Shown here: positions 23,696 to 34,100 of the stretch, one piece after another
How positions within the stretch are numbered: the stretch's first letter is position 1
How the letters are laid out: each line of letters begins with the position of its first letter
Source of the DNA: Blepharisma stoltei ATCC 30299
Taxonomy: Eukaryota; Protista; Ciliophora
Length of the DNA: 64,000 nucleotides
Direction: 5' to 3'
Assembly (NCBI GenBank): GCA_965603825.1
Contig: CBFDEM010000056.1
Location: 186,001 to 250,000, forward strand
Program-made: the position numbers and the translations under genes
The notes under the pieces: model-generated
What the model saw: only the letters and a program-made list of their open reading frames with translations
Database searches by the model: none
Told to the model about the DNA's origin: nothing

Positions 23696-25006
23696 CTAAA
23701 GAAAACTGTATGAAAGAATTTTCCTCCTAAAAGAAGTAGCACAAATAAGCGGTATAAATGGATGCCATGAAACGTCTCTCACCAATTTTTTTTCGGGTGG
23801 GAGGACTCTAACAGTATCTTCAAGAATTCTGACAGTCTTTCCAGTTATAGAATCAAAAATATACACATTCCCTTCACAGCTTCCAGAATAAATAAACCGA
23901 TTTCCTGTTGTAAATAAAGGTGAAAAATAGCATTTTATGCAGGTTTTTCTTACAGTGTGCCTTTTAAAAGTTAGCAAAGAAGAATCAGCTGAGAGTCGTT
24001 TTCTATAGTTTCTCAAAGGATAGTCTTCCCATCTATAGTCAAAATATGTCTGATATCGGTGACTTCTTTTAAAATCTATATAGGCTTTTTGGCTTGTTAT
24101 AGTTCTTATATCTCACAATTTAAGTGTTTGGTCTTTGCTGTTTGAAATTAAAGAAATCCCATTTGAGTGTGGAGCTACATGAGTTATCCCTTCTCTATGG
24201 CCAATTAGCACCCCATGCGCGGATCCATCAGAATTTAAACATCGCATATCTCATATTTTTATGCAGGATTCATCAGAGCCTGAAACTACTATATTTTCCT
24301 TCTCAGGGTCCAAAAAACAAATTGAATTCACGTCATCATCATGAGCTTTTTGCAGGTTAATAATATTTTGCCTTTTTATTAAATCATAAAGTACTATAGA
24401 CTTCCTATTTGTGCTGAAAATAACACTGCTTCCGTCTCCAGAGAATTTAACACTAAAAATTCCTGTATCTGCATTGACCTCATCATAAGAAGAAATACTA
24501 TCAAAATGCATATTATCGCTTGTAGCGTTATTTTCGACTGTGGCCAATCTAAGTTTGGGATCAACTGAACAAAGAATGATAAATTTTTCACAAGGACTTA
24601 TATCCATATCTGTATATGCTCAAAAAGGGTCATCAGTCGTTAGAAACCTTTGAAGAGTCCAGTTAAAAGGATCCACTGTGTTAAAAATCTTAATTTGCCG
24701 CTTAGAAGTGCAGCAATAAATATTTCCGGTCGGTGAAAATTGCCCATTATAAGCTCAGCTATCAAAATCAGCTTTTTCTGAAAAAAACTAAATATTTAAT
24801 ACAGTATTGGGGATGAGCTTATTGGAGCAAGAGGAATTCCAAGAGTAGATAAGTCCGTATTCCCTTTGAGAAATGAGATTTTGAATTGACCCATTTTCTA
24901 GATCTTGGGATTCAAGAAAGGTATCAGAAAAACATTTATCTTCAGGAATATCATCTGGTGATTGAAAAGGGGTGTTTATTGTATTTAAGGATAAAGGCCC
25001 ATTCAT
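23696..25006 (-). CDS. DCAF11: DCAF11/WDR23 (LEC14B-like) WD40 protein
   Basis: The intron at 24788-24802 and TGA=Trp join three ORF pieces. AHDDDVNSICF, SGSDE..IKIWDMR, GHREGITH, SNSKDQTLKLWDIR, DYRW, CYFSP..TGNRFIYSGS and VRDVSWHP. Confidence 0.88.
24788..24802 (-). other. 15-nt intron GTATTAAATATTTAG
   Basis: Phase 0. Removing it deletes an in-frame TAG before AYNGQFSPTG. Confidence 0.85.
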
Positions 25007-25317
25007 TAAATATTAAAGGTATTTTAATCTCATTTAGCATATTTTTACAATAGTTAGACTTAACTAGAAAAAATGAAATATCATAAATTTATAAAATAAA
25101 TCGGGATAACTATGTTTAGATAAAAGTCCTAGCATTAATATGTATAAATACTGATAATGTTTTTTTAATATCTATTTAAAATTTTTATCTTCTAATTTTG
25201 ACAATTCTTAAACAGATTAGCAAAGAATATAATTTATTATTAAAAAAATTTTAAGCTTCTTTGTCTTCAGAGCTGAACTCAAATATCCACAAATTTAAAT
25301 TAAAATCTATGTTACAT

Positions 25318-27258
25318 CTAAATTATAAGCAAAGAATCTTTGCGCGTTTCTTCTTCCATAAGAATCGACAAATTTACTGGCAATGACATCTGCAACGGAT
25401 TTGTTTTTAGCAGCTTCGGGCCAATTAAAGACTGTACATGGCTTACTTTACTTTCAATTCCCCTCATCTCTTCCCTTTCATACCCCGCTTCATTTCTTAC
25501 CAGCTCCATATTTTGTTTATTTTTAATAATTTCTCTAAAAAGTTTCGAAGATTTCCTATTTTTTGTTTGCCCATACAAATGAATAGCATCAACTTTTAAA
25601 ATCCCATCTTCCAGCTCTGATATAAGATTTTCTAATTCTTTACTATACCCTTCTTGATAAAGTTTATATAAGCATTCATATCTTCTTCACAATGGAAACG
25701 TACAGTCTGCTGCTATTTCATAGTCGCCTTTTTCTTCATTTTCTGTGACCTCTGCGCTGATTTCTTCTTTTGAGTTCGCCATGACTTGCTTTTTCAGCTG
25801 TTCTTTTTCTGCTTGAGCAATAAACTTATAGACAGCTAGATCTCCTTTAGAAGTTTCTTTAGGGGTTTTTCCTTCTTTGTTTTTGATGTAGACTTCGCAG
25901 CCTCCTTCTATTAAAGCTTGGACAGCTTTAAAATGCCCAGAATGTGACGCTAAATGTAAAGGAGTCCATTCTTGAGATCCGCCGACTATATTTATGTCGA
26001 AAGGCTCTTTGTTTTCTTTTCGCAGCTTTGAATTTTGATTGATTGCTCAGAAAATAGCTGAAGAGTGTCCTCTTCTTGCGGCCATATGTAGAGCTGTTCA
26101 GTTTTCGTAATTGACTGCATTTACTTCAATTCCTGACTCAAGCAGCATGTCAGCGATTAGTGTGCATTTTCTTTTATGCTTCCCAAAAACCCCCATCAGA
26201 ATGTGCAATGGAGTGTTTCCATCACAATCCCTCGAATTTACATCAGCTCCTGCTTTTAACAACGCCCTTACCAGCCAAGCTTCAGCTTTATAAACAGCTA
26301 AATGCATAGGTGACCCAATATTCCCTCCACCTTCATTTACACTAATTCCTGACTCCAAAAGCAATTTCGACGCTCCAATTTTGTCAGATTTCAAAGCCAG
26401 GACAAGTGGTGAAAACCCTTCACTATCCAAAGTATTTATCTCAACGCCTGCATCAATTAACCCCTGAATAACCCCGCAGTCTCCATTACTTGCTGCAATG
26501 TGTAATAAACTCCTATTCCTAGCATCCACTCTATTAATATCAAATTCATCCTGACTAAAATGCTTTAAAAAGTGAGCCAAATCGCATTCTTGGTGCTTTT
26601 TTTTAGCTAATTTTTGAAATAAACATCGTAAACTTCCAATCATTGCCTCACCAATATGCCCTTTAAGAATCCTTGGCAAAGGCGGAAATGTGTATCGAAA
26701 CCATTCCAGACTGAGCTCTGTAAGCTGTTCTAGCCTAGCCATAGATACAGGAAGGGCTGAATAGTCGTTCCCATGAAGATACAAAACTTGCAAATGCTTC
26801 AATTGGCCGATTTCTGTAGGAAGCGCCTTGATTTGGTTGTCAGAAATGACAAGGGACTCCAGCTTTTTAAGATTTATGATTTCTTTTGGAAGGCAAAACA
26901 GTGAGTTGTTACTGAATGATAATGAAGTAAGAGATGTGAGCGAAAAAAGCTCAATTGGCAAGGTGCTGAGGTGGTTAGAGTCAAGCGTTAAGGTCTTGAG
27001 ATATTGGAATGCTGAGATTTCTTCAGTGAGAATGTCAAGTTTGTTTCCTCTTAAATCGAGGGATCTTAAATGTGTGAGATGGAAAATCGGGGATTTGTGG
27101 AGATTGGTGATTTCATTGCCACGCAAATCAAGGTGAAGGATTCGGTCCCAGCTGCCTTCGAAGAGTTCTTTATTTAAAGTGGAAAGTGAAGATTCTTTTA
27201 GAATTAGTTCGCCGGTTGGAGTTAGGAGAGTGCCTACATTTGAAAGAGGTTTTGACAT
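25318..27258 (-). CDS. Leucine-rich-repeat plus ankyrin-repeat protein
   Basis: LRRs (LRSLDLRGNKL..) followed by ankyrin repeats (SLLHIAA, SPMHLAV, TPLHIL, W(TGA)TALHMAA, WTPLHLA). One frame to TAG at 25318. Confidence 0.9.
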
Positions 27259-27735
27259 AATTCAAATAAAAATTTAAAAATAATTCGGAGATTAATGACT
27301 TCTTTTAGGAGTGTTATAAAACAAAAGGTTTGGGATGCTTTTGGTTGATGAGAGCAACAAAAATGCGCAGTGATACGTTTTATGTATGCAAATAATAATT
27401 GTCTATATTATTATAAATGCATGATTAATATATTTAAAAATATTATCATTCTGGCAAAAATCATTATTATTAAACACATTATGGATTTTTAGTAAAGACT
27501 AAACATTGGCAACACAGTCTTTAGCGTTATTCTTGGTAAAATTATTTATTATATTTTTGCAAGAAAAAAATTATATCTCAAAAATCTCCAAGCTGAAATC
27601 AAATCAAAAGAAGCCGCTCAAGCCCCTGCCCAATCTTTCGGTGATAAACGTTTCTCTCATACTTATTTTCTCTCTTCCCCCAAAGAAAATAATAAGAATA
27701 CTGCTAAAGATATTTATTTTCCTTACTCAGCTAAA

Positions 27736-28995
27736 ATGGATTCTCTAGATGAGGTGAAAGACCATATCAGATTTTCTATTTGCAAAATTCAAAGAAGTCT
27801 AAGACTATTTCACTCAAAACTGCAAAAAGCCCAAGGAAAGTTCCTTCACCGAATAACAGCTCGCCGTGGATGGTCCCTTGAGCCAGTCTATATTATAGGG
27901 ACTTTTTCAAAGTTGCCATGGGAAGATCGCATCCCGATGACATATTCACTTTCAAAAAAAGACTTTTTCATTGAGCTGTGGCTTGCACCAGAGGTTGAAT
28001 TTCTCCTCGTCAAAAAAGATTTTAAATTCCTTATTGACGATTTCCCTAAAAGGCTTAACAAATCAGGAATTTTGGTGAATTATATCCCGAGGCTCAACAC
28101 ACACCACACTGAAATCTACAGGCCGATTAAAAACAGCATGCCGAAATGCTCTGCATTTCGGTTCAAAAGCGGAGGATGCAGCATTGGGAAACATCCTGAC
28201 TTTAATGAAGACGCTTATTTTATAACCCCTTCAGTAATTGGAGTCGCTGACGGAGTAGGAGGCTGCTTATGCGATTTTGGGATTTCTAGCGCGGATTTTG
28301 CGAGTGAATTGATGAGTTATTGCAAAGAATACGCTCAAAATATTGATTTAAATGATTTAAATATATCAGAAAAAGCTTTTAATGCCAGAAAATTATGCAA
28401 AGAAATAGTCAGTAAAGCGTATTCGCAGGTCATGAGCGGAGGCAGCACAACTTATCTTTTGGCGTCAATTTTTGGAAGAAAGCTCCATATTTCAAATCTA
28501 GGGGACAGTGGGTTGATGATAATAAGGTTCACTAATAATAAGGGCAAAATCTTGTTTCAAACGTCTGCAAAGCAGCATTCGTTTAACACCCCGTTCCAGC
28601 TGTCTAGGAAATTTTCAGCAAAACAGATGAAGTGGGAGCAAGACCAGAAAAAAGCAAAAAATGGAATTAGTGATCATATTAATGATGCAGATGATTATAT
28701 GATCAGTGTAGAAATTGGAGATATCGTTATTATGGGCTCTGATGGAGTATGGGATAACTTGTATAGTGAAGAAATTTTGAGTGAAGTAGAAAGATGCTAT
28801 AATACAGGGGAAATTAACCCAGAAGAAGTTGCAAACAATATTGCGAATTTGGCAAAGATGAAGTCAATTGGAGGGTCGAGCACTCCTTTTGGGGATGAAG
28901 TTAAGAGGAAAATGGGACAAGAATGGAATGGCGGAAAGAAAGATGACATAACAGTTGTTTTGTCATTAGTGCTGCCTGGAGATGATATAAATTAA
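27736..28995 (+). CDS. PTC7/PPTC7-type PP2C phosphatase with an N-terminal CBM48-like domain
   Basis: NEDAYF, GVADGVGG, GSTT, NLGDSG, QHSFNTPFQL, GSDGVWDNL and GGKKDDITV. The N-terminal VYIIGTFSKLPWEDRIPM resembles the AMPK-beta glycogen-binding module. Confidence 0.9.
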   Translation: MDSLDEVKDHIRFSICKIQRSLRLFHSKLQKAQGKFLHRITARRGWSLEPVYIIGTFSKLPWEDRIPMTYSLSKKDFFIELWLAPEVEFLLVKKDFKFLIDDFPKRLNKSGILVNYIPRLNTHHTEIYRPIKNSMPKCSAFRFKSGGCSIGKHPDFNEDAYFITPSVIGVADGVGGCLCDFGISSADFASELMSYCKEYAQNIDLNDLNISEKAFNARKLCKEIVSKAYSQVMSGGSTTYLLASIFGRKLHISNLGDSGLMIIRFTNNKGKILFQTSAKQHSFNTPFQLSRKFSAKQMKWEQDQKKAKNGISDHINDADDYMISVEIGDIVIMGSDGVWDNLYSEEILSEVERCYNTGEINPEEVANNIANLAKMKSIGGSSTPFGDEVKRKMGQEWNGGKKDDITVVLSLVLPGDDIN

Positions 28996-29019
28996 TGCTT
29001 ATATTAAAATCAATTAATA

Positions 29020-30033
29020 ATGAGAATTCTCAAAGGAAAATCCAAAAAGCAAATCCTTAGTATCCCTCAAGTTTTACAAAGAATCGAAGCTTTAGATGCC
29101 AAAACCAAACGAATTGCCCACCTCCTTGGCTACCGTAGCAACGAAATATCAAAAACTTTCCGACAAATGTTAACAATGTGCAACTCTGTATCTATCATTT
29201 TTTTACAATTTGATTTATTACACGCAGCTCTCTATATCCTTTTAAAAGCAGCTGAAACTGACGTCTGTATGTTTTTTGAAGGCAACTCATCAGATAGAAT
29301 TTGACATGGCAGAGTCCTCGTCTATTGCAATCTTGGCTATTTTTTACATAGAATTGATGACTACACAGGCAGTTTAAAATTCCTTTATGATGCAGAAAGC
29401 CTTATCCTTGAAATTAAAGATATGAAAAGAAGGGCAACAGCCCTCAATACAGGCGATATAATGCTTGCCCATGCTTCTATAGCTTTTTTAGTGTTATGCA
29501 GAATTGAGAGATTTAAAGAAGCTGAGCAGTATCTGGAAATCCTTACAACACAATTTAATTCTATAATAAAAGGAAGAAGAAGCAAAATAAATAGCACTGG
29601 GCTGTCGAACTTGTATTGCCTTATACATCTGTCGATTGAACTTTTTAGGGTCATGAAAGGAGTTGATATGGAGGAAGCAATTTCGAGCTGTAAAGCAGCA
29701 TTAGAAAACGTGAAAAATGAAAAAACAGCTGCGATGACGCTACTAGAGCGATTTTCACAGTCAAAAGAATACAATGAAGGGCTTGATATTTTACTATCTG
29801 ATGAATTTCAGAGTGTTATGTTCATAACAGCCTTTTTCCCCTTCATAGGCACTTCTACTCCTATAATTAACTTCACCGAGCTTTGTCAAGCCCAAGAACG
29901 AGCCCGATTCAGTCCTATCACAAAAGCAGACATCCCAAGCATGATTGCTCCAAATCTTAGCCCTAGCGATATTCCTGATAACTATTCTTTGATAATGAAA
30001 ACTGCGCTAGCCTCTGTAAAAGGTCATAATTAG
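29020..30033 (+). CDS. Hypothetical alpha-helical (TPR-like) protein
   Basis: ORFs 29020-29304 and 29422-30033 are joined by TGA=Trp at 29302. VYCNLGY.. is TPR-like. Confidence 0.75.
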
Positions 30034-30044
30034 CATTAATTACA

Positions 30045-30977
30045 TTACGAATTCGACAAATATCGTTGCCTTATAGCAGATATTTCTTCTTTTCTCCTCT
30101 TTTCTATCTCTTGTACAGCGTTTTCTATTTCTTCTCCTAATGTATCATTCATGGTCTTTATAAGTGAGCCAATCAGCAAGGACTCTCCCATGCTTTGGAT
30201 TTCTTTGATTTGTTCTTGGTAGCTCTCAGTCAGTTTTCTTTTTACATTAATTTTTTCCTCTATATATTTTTCCATGACTTTTTCTACCTCTTCTTCAAAT
30301 AGTTCTATGTGTGACTTTTTGGGGGCGCCGCCACTTCTATCACTTTCTTCAAGAAACTTCTTTATCCCTAAAGATCCTGCAGAAAAGGTATTTGACCGAA
30401 AATCTCGTCGATTTGTAGAAGCTGAGCGCTGATTTACCCTATCTCTAAGCCTTGAATTCAAATTTTCAGCCTGCGATTGTAGATTTTCCTGTATCCTTTT
30501 GCTTGCTGAGCTACTTTCAGTTGTGTGGGATAAAATAGCTTTTTCAGCATTTCTTTCTATCGTTATGTCTTTATTGGGAGGCGAATTCATCAATTTTGCC
30601 TTAATTTTTTGTTTTTCTTCAGCACGTTTCCTATAAGTGTCACGAACAGATTCAGGCGTAGGAGTGAGACTGGATCTTAATGGCTTTTGTGGATTTTGAT
30701 AATCTTTTATTACTTTTAAGACTTCTTCTCGTGCAAGAAATTTCTGCATGCGGTCTTGGTAATGTAAATATCTTGGGTCTTTAATAGATTCTAGTTGTTC
30801 TATAGCTTGGGAATATAGCGCTAAAAGTCTTTGAATCATGGGAAAACTAACACAAAAATCGAGCTCACCTTCTAAATCGAGAACTTCTTGAGCGAAGGTT
30901 GGAGAAAGGACTGGCAGGGAGTCATCAGGGTAGTCATCAGGAACTGTTTTTGACTGGTGCTTTCTTCCAAACATCAT
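30045..30977 (-). CDS. Hypothetical coiled-coil protein, 310 aa
   Basis: Uninterrupted ATG-TAA ORF. Confidence 0.75.
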   Translation of the reverse strand: MMFGRKHQSKTVPDDYPDDSLPVLSPTFAQEVLDLEGELDFCVSFPMIQRLLALYSQAIEQLESIKDPRYLHYQDRMQKFLAREEVLKVIKDYQNPQKPLRSSLTPTPESVRDTYRKRAEEKQKIKAKLMNSPPNKDITIERNAEKAILSHTTESSSASKRIQENLQSQAENLNSRLRDRVNQRSASTNRRDFRSNTFSAGSLGIKKFLEESDRSGGAPKKSHIELFEEEVEKVMEKYIEEKINVKRKLTESYQEQIKEIQSMGESLLIGSLIKTMNDTLGEEIENAVQEIEKRRKEEISAIRQRYLSNS

Positions 30978-31398
30978 ATGAATATAAATATCTAATTATC
31001 TTCGCCATCTTCTAGGAAATCAAGATTAGTAATTAAGAATTAATATTTTTTGAAATAAGCAAAATGCTTTAGATTTGTGAAGAGTGCTAGGCTATTTTTA
31101 TTCTTGTTTCTGAGTCTATAATTTGGAATGGCTGTCAAGCAGATCTAGTATATTTTAGACAGCCTGAGTATAAATGAAATGCTATAATAATGATGACAAT
31201 ATGAGAAAATAATCTGAGAGAAAAGGAAAAAAGCCTCTATTGAAGTTATTATTCAAATAATGAATTCTAATTCAAAAAGCTTCTTTTGATATCATTTCAC
31301 ACTGTAAAATCCGCCATCATATATAAGCAAGCTTCCTACAAGCACAATTTTACAATAAAAATCAAAATAATCTGCTAATAAATTAAAAGACTAACTAT

Positions 31399-31638
31399 TT
31401 AGACCAACTTGCTATTCACAATATAGCCCATCCTTTTTGCAGCCCATGATCCTATTTTCGGTCCCAAAGAAGTCGATGCATACAGAAAAAGTGCCGGATA
31501 AAGCATATTTTTCACAATTTTCGCTAGATGATCAATCGAAAATCCACCTTTTTCTTCCCCCTCAATTTCCTCCTCATCAAAATCAAAGTCCTCTATGCAA
31601 TCGCTGTTCCTATGATTCCTTCTCACTTCATCCTCCAT
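31399..31638 (-). CDS. Small protein with an acidic N-terminus and one hydrophobic helix
   Basis: 79-aa ATG-TAA ORF immediately downstream of SAS6L on the same strand. Confidence 0.55.
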   Translation of the reverse strand: MEDEVRRNHRNSDCIEDFDFDEEEIEGEEKGGFSIDHLAKIVKNMLYPALFLYASTSLGPKIGSWAAKRMGYIVNSKLV

Positions 31639-31676
31639 TTTATTACTATTTAATAACCAAAGTAACTTAATTTATC

Positions 31677-32351
31677 TTAACTCTGATTTTGAAGTCCCTT
31701 CTTTGGCTGTCTCTGCAGCTGTAGCAATAATGAAGGGTTTTTCACTTTAATCGCAGCATTCACATCTTGCAGACGAGCTTGGACAATTGCGAGCTTGCTT
31801 TTAACTGCGTTATAACGATAAGTGATCTGCTGGCGGACCATTTCTTCAGTGCTGGCTAAGAAGTCCAAGGACAGGAGCTCGATGAACTTGTACTCCATGT
31901 TCTGGATGAAGTCAAGACGAGCGCGGCCATCTCTATGCATAATGAAGACCGCCAAGAAGTTGTGAGGCTCCTTGATGCAAGAATTCAGCATCCTTATCAT
32001 GATTGTGGGGAGCTCTGAGAAGTCAATCATCAGTTTTTGGGATTGCTGCAGTTGTTGGAAGCTGGCTTCGTCTAAAGCGTGGATATAGTGGAAGAAAAGG
32101 TCGTTCTCACTTGTGAGCTCGACTTTTACGTGCTGAGGGTTGTTGTTGTCGCCGAGGACCAGAAGCTTTACTTTGATGGCTTCGAGAGTCCCGACTTCTT
32201 GAGGGCCACTTCCTGACTCTTGAATTCTGAGCTCGAATGGGACTTCTCGGTCATATGCTACATGGTGGCCTTCACTGAGGCTGGGGTCCATCTCTTCGAT
32301 TGCGGAGAAATCGAAGGAGTTGATTAAACTGTCTCCACGTTCGTCATGCAT
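31677..32351 (-). CDS. SAS6L: SAS-6-like protein (SAS-6 head domain, short coiled coil)
   Basis: ELTSENDLFFHY..F..LQQSQKLMIDF..PHNFLAVF..LDFIQNMEYKFIELLSLDF is the SAS-6 N-terminal fold. It lacks the long coiled coil of true SAS-6. Confidence 0.85.
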   Translation of the reverse strand: MHDERGDSLINSFDFSAIEEMDPSLSEGHHVAYDREVPFELRIQESGSGPQEVGTLEAIKVKLLVLGDNNNPQHVKVELTSENDLFFHYIHALDEASFQQLQQSQKLMIDFSELPTIMIRMLNSCIKEPHNFLAVFIMHRDGRARLDFIQNMEYKFIELLSLDFLASTEEMVRQQITYRYNAVKSKLAIVQARLQDVNAAIKVKNPSLLLQLQRQPKKGLQNQS

Positions 32352-32455
32352 CTTTACCAATTGAATTTATGAATTAGGTTTGAATGAGAAAAAAGAAATG
32401 GAGACTTTTTTTGTAGTCAGTTTTCTCCTTGGTTTTATTTTATAATTTAAATTAC

Positions 32456-34066
32456 TTAGAGTTTTTCAGCGGCATTTTGCTGTTGTTTTCCTCTGCTGTT
32501 ACCTCTGCTACTTATAGAAGGAGTTCTTGTTCCAGGACCACACAAAATTCTGATTACTGAATGCAATTTTTCAGCAAGAACTACCGTTTCTGGTTGATTT
32601 GCCAAAGCTTGCTCGATTTCTTCTTCATTAAAAGGAACAGTCTGTGCAAGCCTTACAAGAGTCTCAAGAAAATCAGGGAATAACATTTGTGAGTCCTTAG
32701 CACTTGAAAAAAATAAGGTGTCCTCACACAGCTGCTGAAGATTGTCTTTTGTAATGACTTCTGCTAGCTGCTCAGACTCCATAATCAAGTTTATAAAGTC
32801 CTGCACTTTCAGCTCAATTCTAATTCCCTGTGAAGGTGTCGCTTTTACCATATACTTAGTTACAAGAAAATCAGCATTTTCCATGAAAAGCTCAAAAATT
32901 TCTGGTTTAAGGAGCTCTGATTTCACATAGTCTTGCAGCCAGACAGCTTTACTTTTAGCAATAGTCTCAATTACAGTTATATAGCCTGTATCTTCTGGGT
33001 GTTTGAATTCAGAAAACCGAACCAAAAGCAATAAAAACATTTGGAGACTAATAGTAGGGGCTAAAACATCAGTCATGGCATTATCCAAGTCATCCCCGAA
33101 TTCTATGACAGTTTGGACTATTTCGTCAGAGTCAGTTATTAAATCAAAAGTCCTCAGAATGTGGAAAAAATCGTGGGCTGAAATCATCTCTTCGTCAGGC
33201 AGGTGAAAATAAGTATACAAGGTAAACACGTCGTATAGCAGAGGAAAATGAGCTGCAAGAGATGCAGGGGCATCTGGCCATACGTCATATAAAGTCTTCA
33301 CTGGGATGTTTGGCTGCGTTTCTTCTTGTTGCAGCTGCTCCTGGGCTTTTTTTAAGGCTTCTTCTTCTTTCTTTCTCTGCTCCTGCTCTTCTTGTATCAT
33401 AGCTTCTTTATGCTTTTTCTTGCTCCATGGGTCAGGAAACAGCCCAATCGACACATTTATTTTTTCATCATTCCCCAGCTCTCTAGGCTCAGAATTTTCA
33501 TTTTCCCTTTGTGGCGAAACCTCACAAACCTTCATGATTTTCACCTCCCCAAAGGGCAAGTTAAGTTCTCCTCTGAACTCTTTTCTTGCCAAATCTACTG
33601 GGTAAAGCTCAACTTCTCTATTTCCTTGTACCTCTTCGCTGAACTCTTTTTCCAGTTCTTTGAAGATGGTATAAGTGAATTTCACAAGGACAATTGAATG
33701 CTGCCTATTGGAAATGGTGAAATCAGTTTTAGTTGGCCTGAAAAGAAACTTGCAGCTCATAATGTTCCTTTGACTGCCAAAGGCTTGGTCATATCATTCT
33801 ATGTACTTAGGATTTGGAGGCTGCGTCAGGTCTCTGAGGGTTACAAAGACTTCATCCCCGTCATGTAGGGCAATATTGATGCGCCATCGAGGATGATGAG
33901 CTGCTCCATCCACATTGCAGAGATAAGTAGGAATGTATTGGCCTTTAGGATAGGCTTCTTTTCCATACAGAAATGCAGCACTTAAGGCGAGCCATGCCAG
34001 ATCTTGTATACCTGAGCCACAGTTGACTTCATATACTTGTTCCTTTATATGAACTTTGATTTTCAT
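32456..34066 (-). CDS. Hypothetical protein with a Par3/HAL-N-like ubiquitin-fold N-terminus and EF-hand-like helical region
   Basis: ORFs 33794-34066 and 32456-33760 are joined by TGA=Trp at 33794. N-terminus MKIKVHIKEQVYEVNCGSGIQDLAWLA. Confidence 0.75.
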
Positions 34067-34100
34067 AACTTATTTATATGAAGTAAATTTATATTTAAAT

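Noticed and set aside
1818-24802. Context-dependent TAA/TAG read-through (Condylostoma-type code)
   Set aside because: Each internal TAG/TAA in an intact gene sits within a GTA-N6-A-NN-TAG element. Removing the element, rather than translating it, restores conserved motifs (ankyrin, AGC tail).
27506-27748. 80-aa ORF upstream of the PTC7 gene, and similar short shadow ORFs throughout the track
   Set aside because: Non-ATG starts, AT-rich non-coding composition, or antisense/alternate-frame overlap with well-supported genes.
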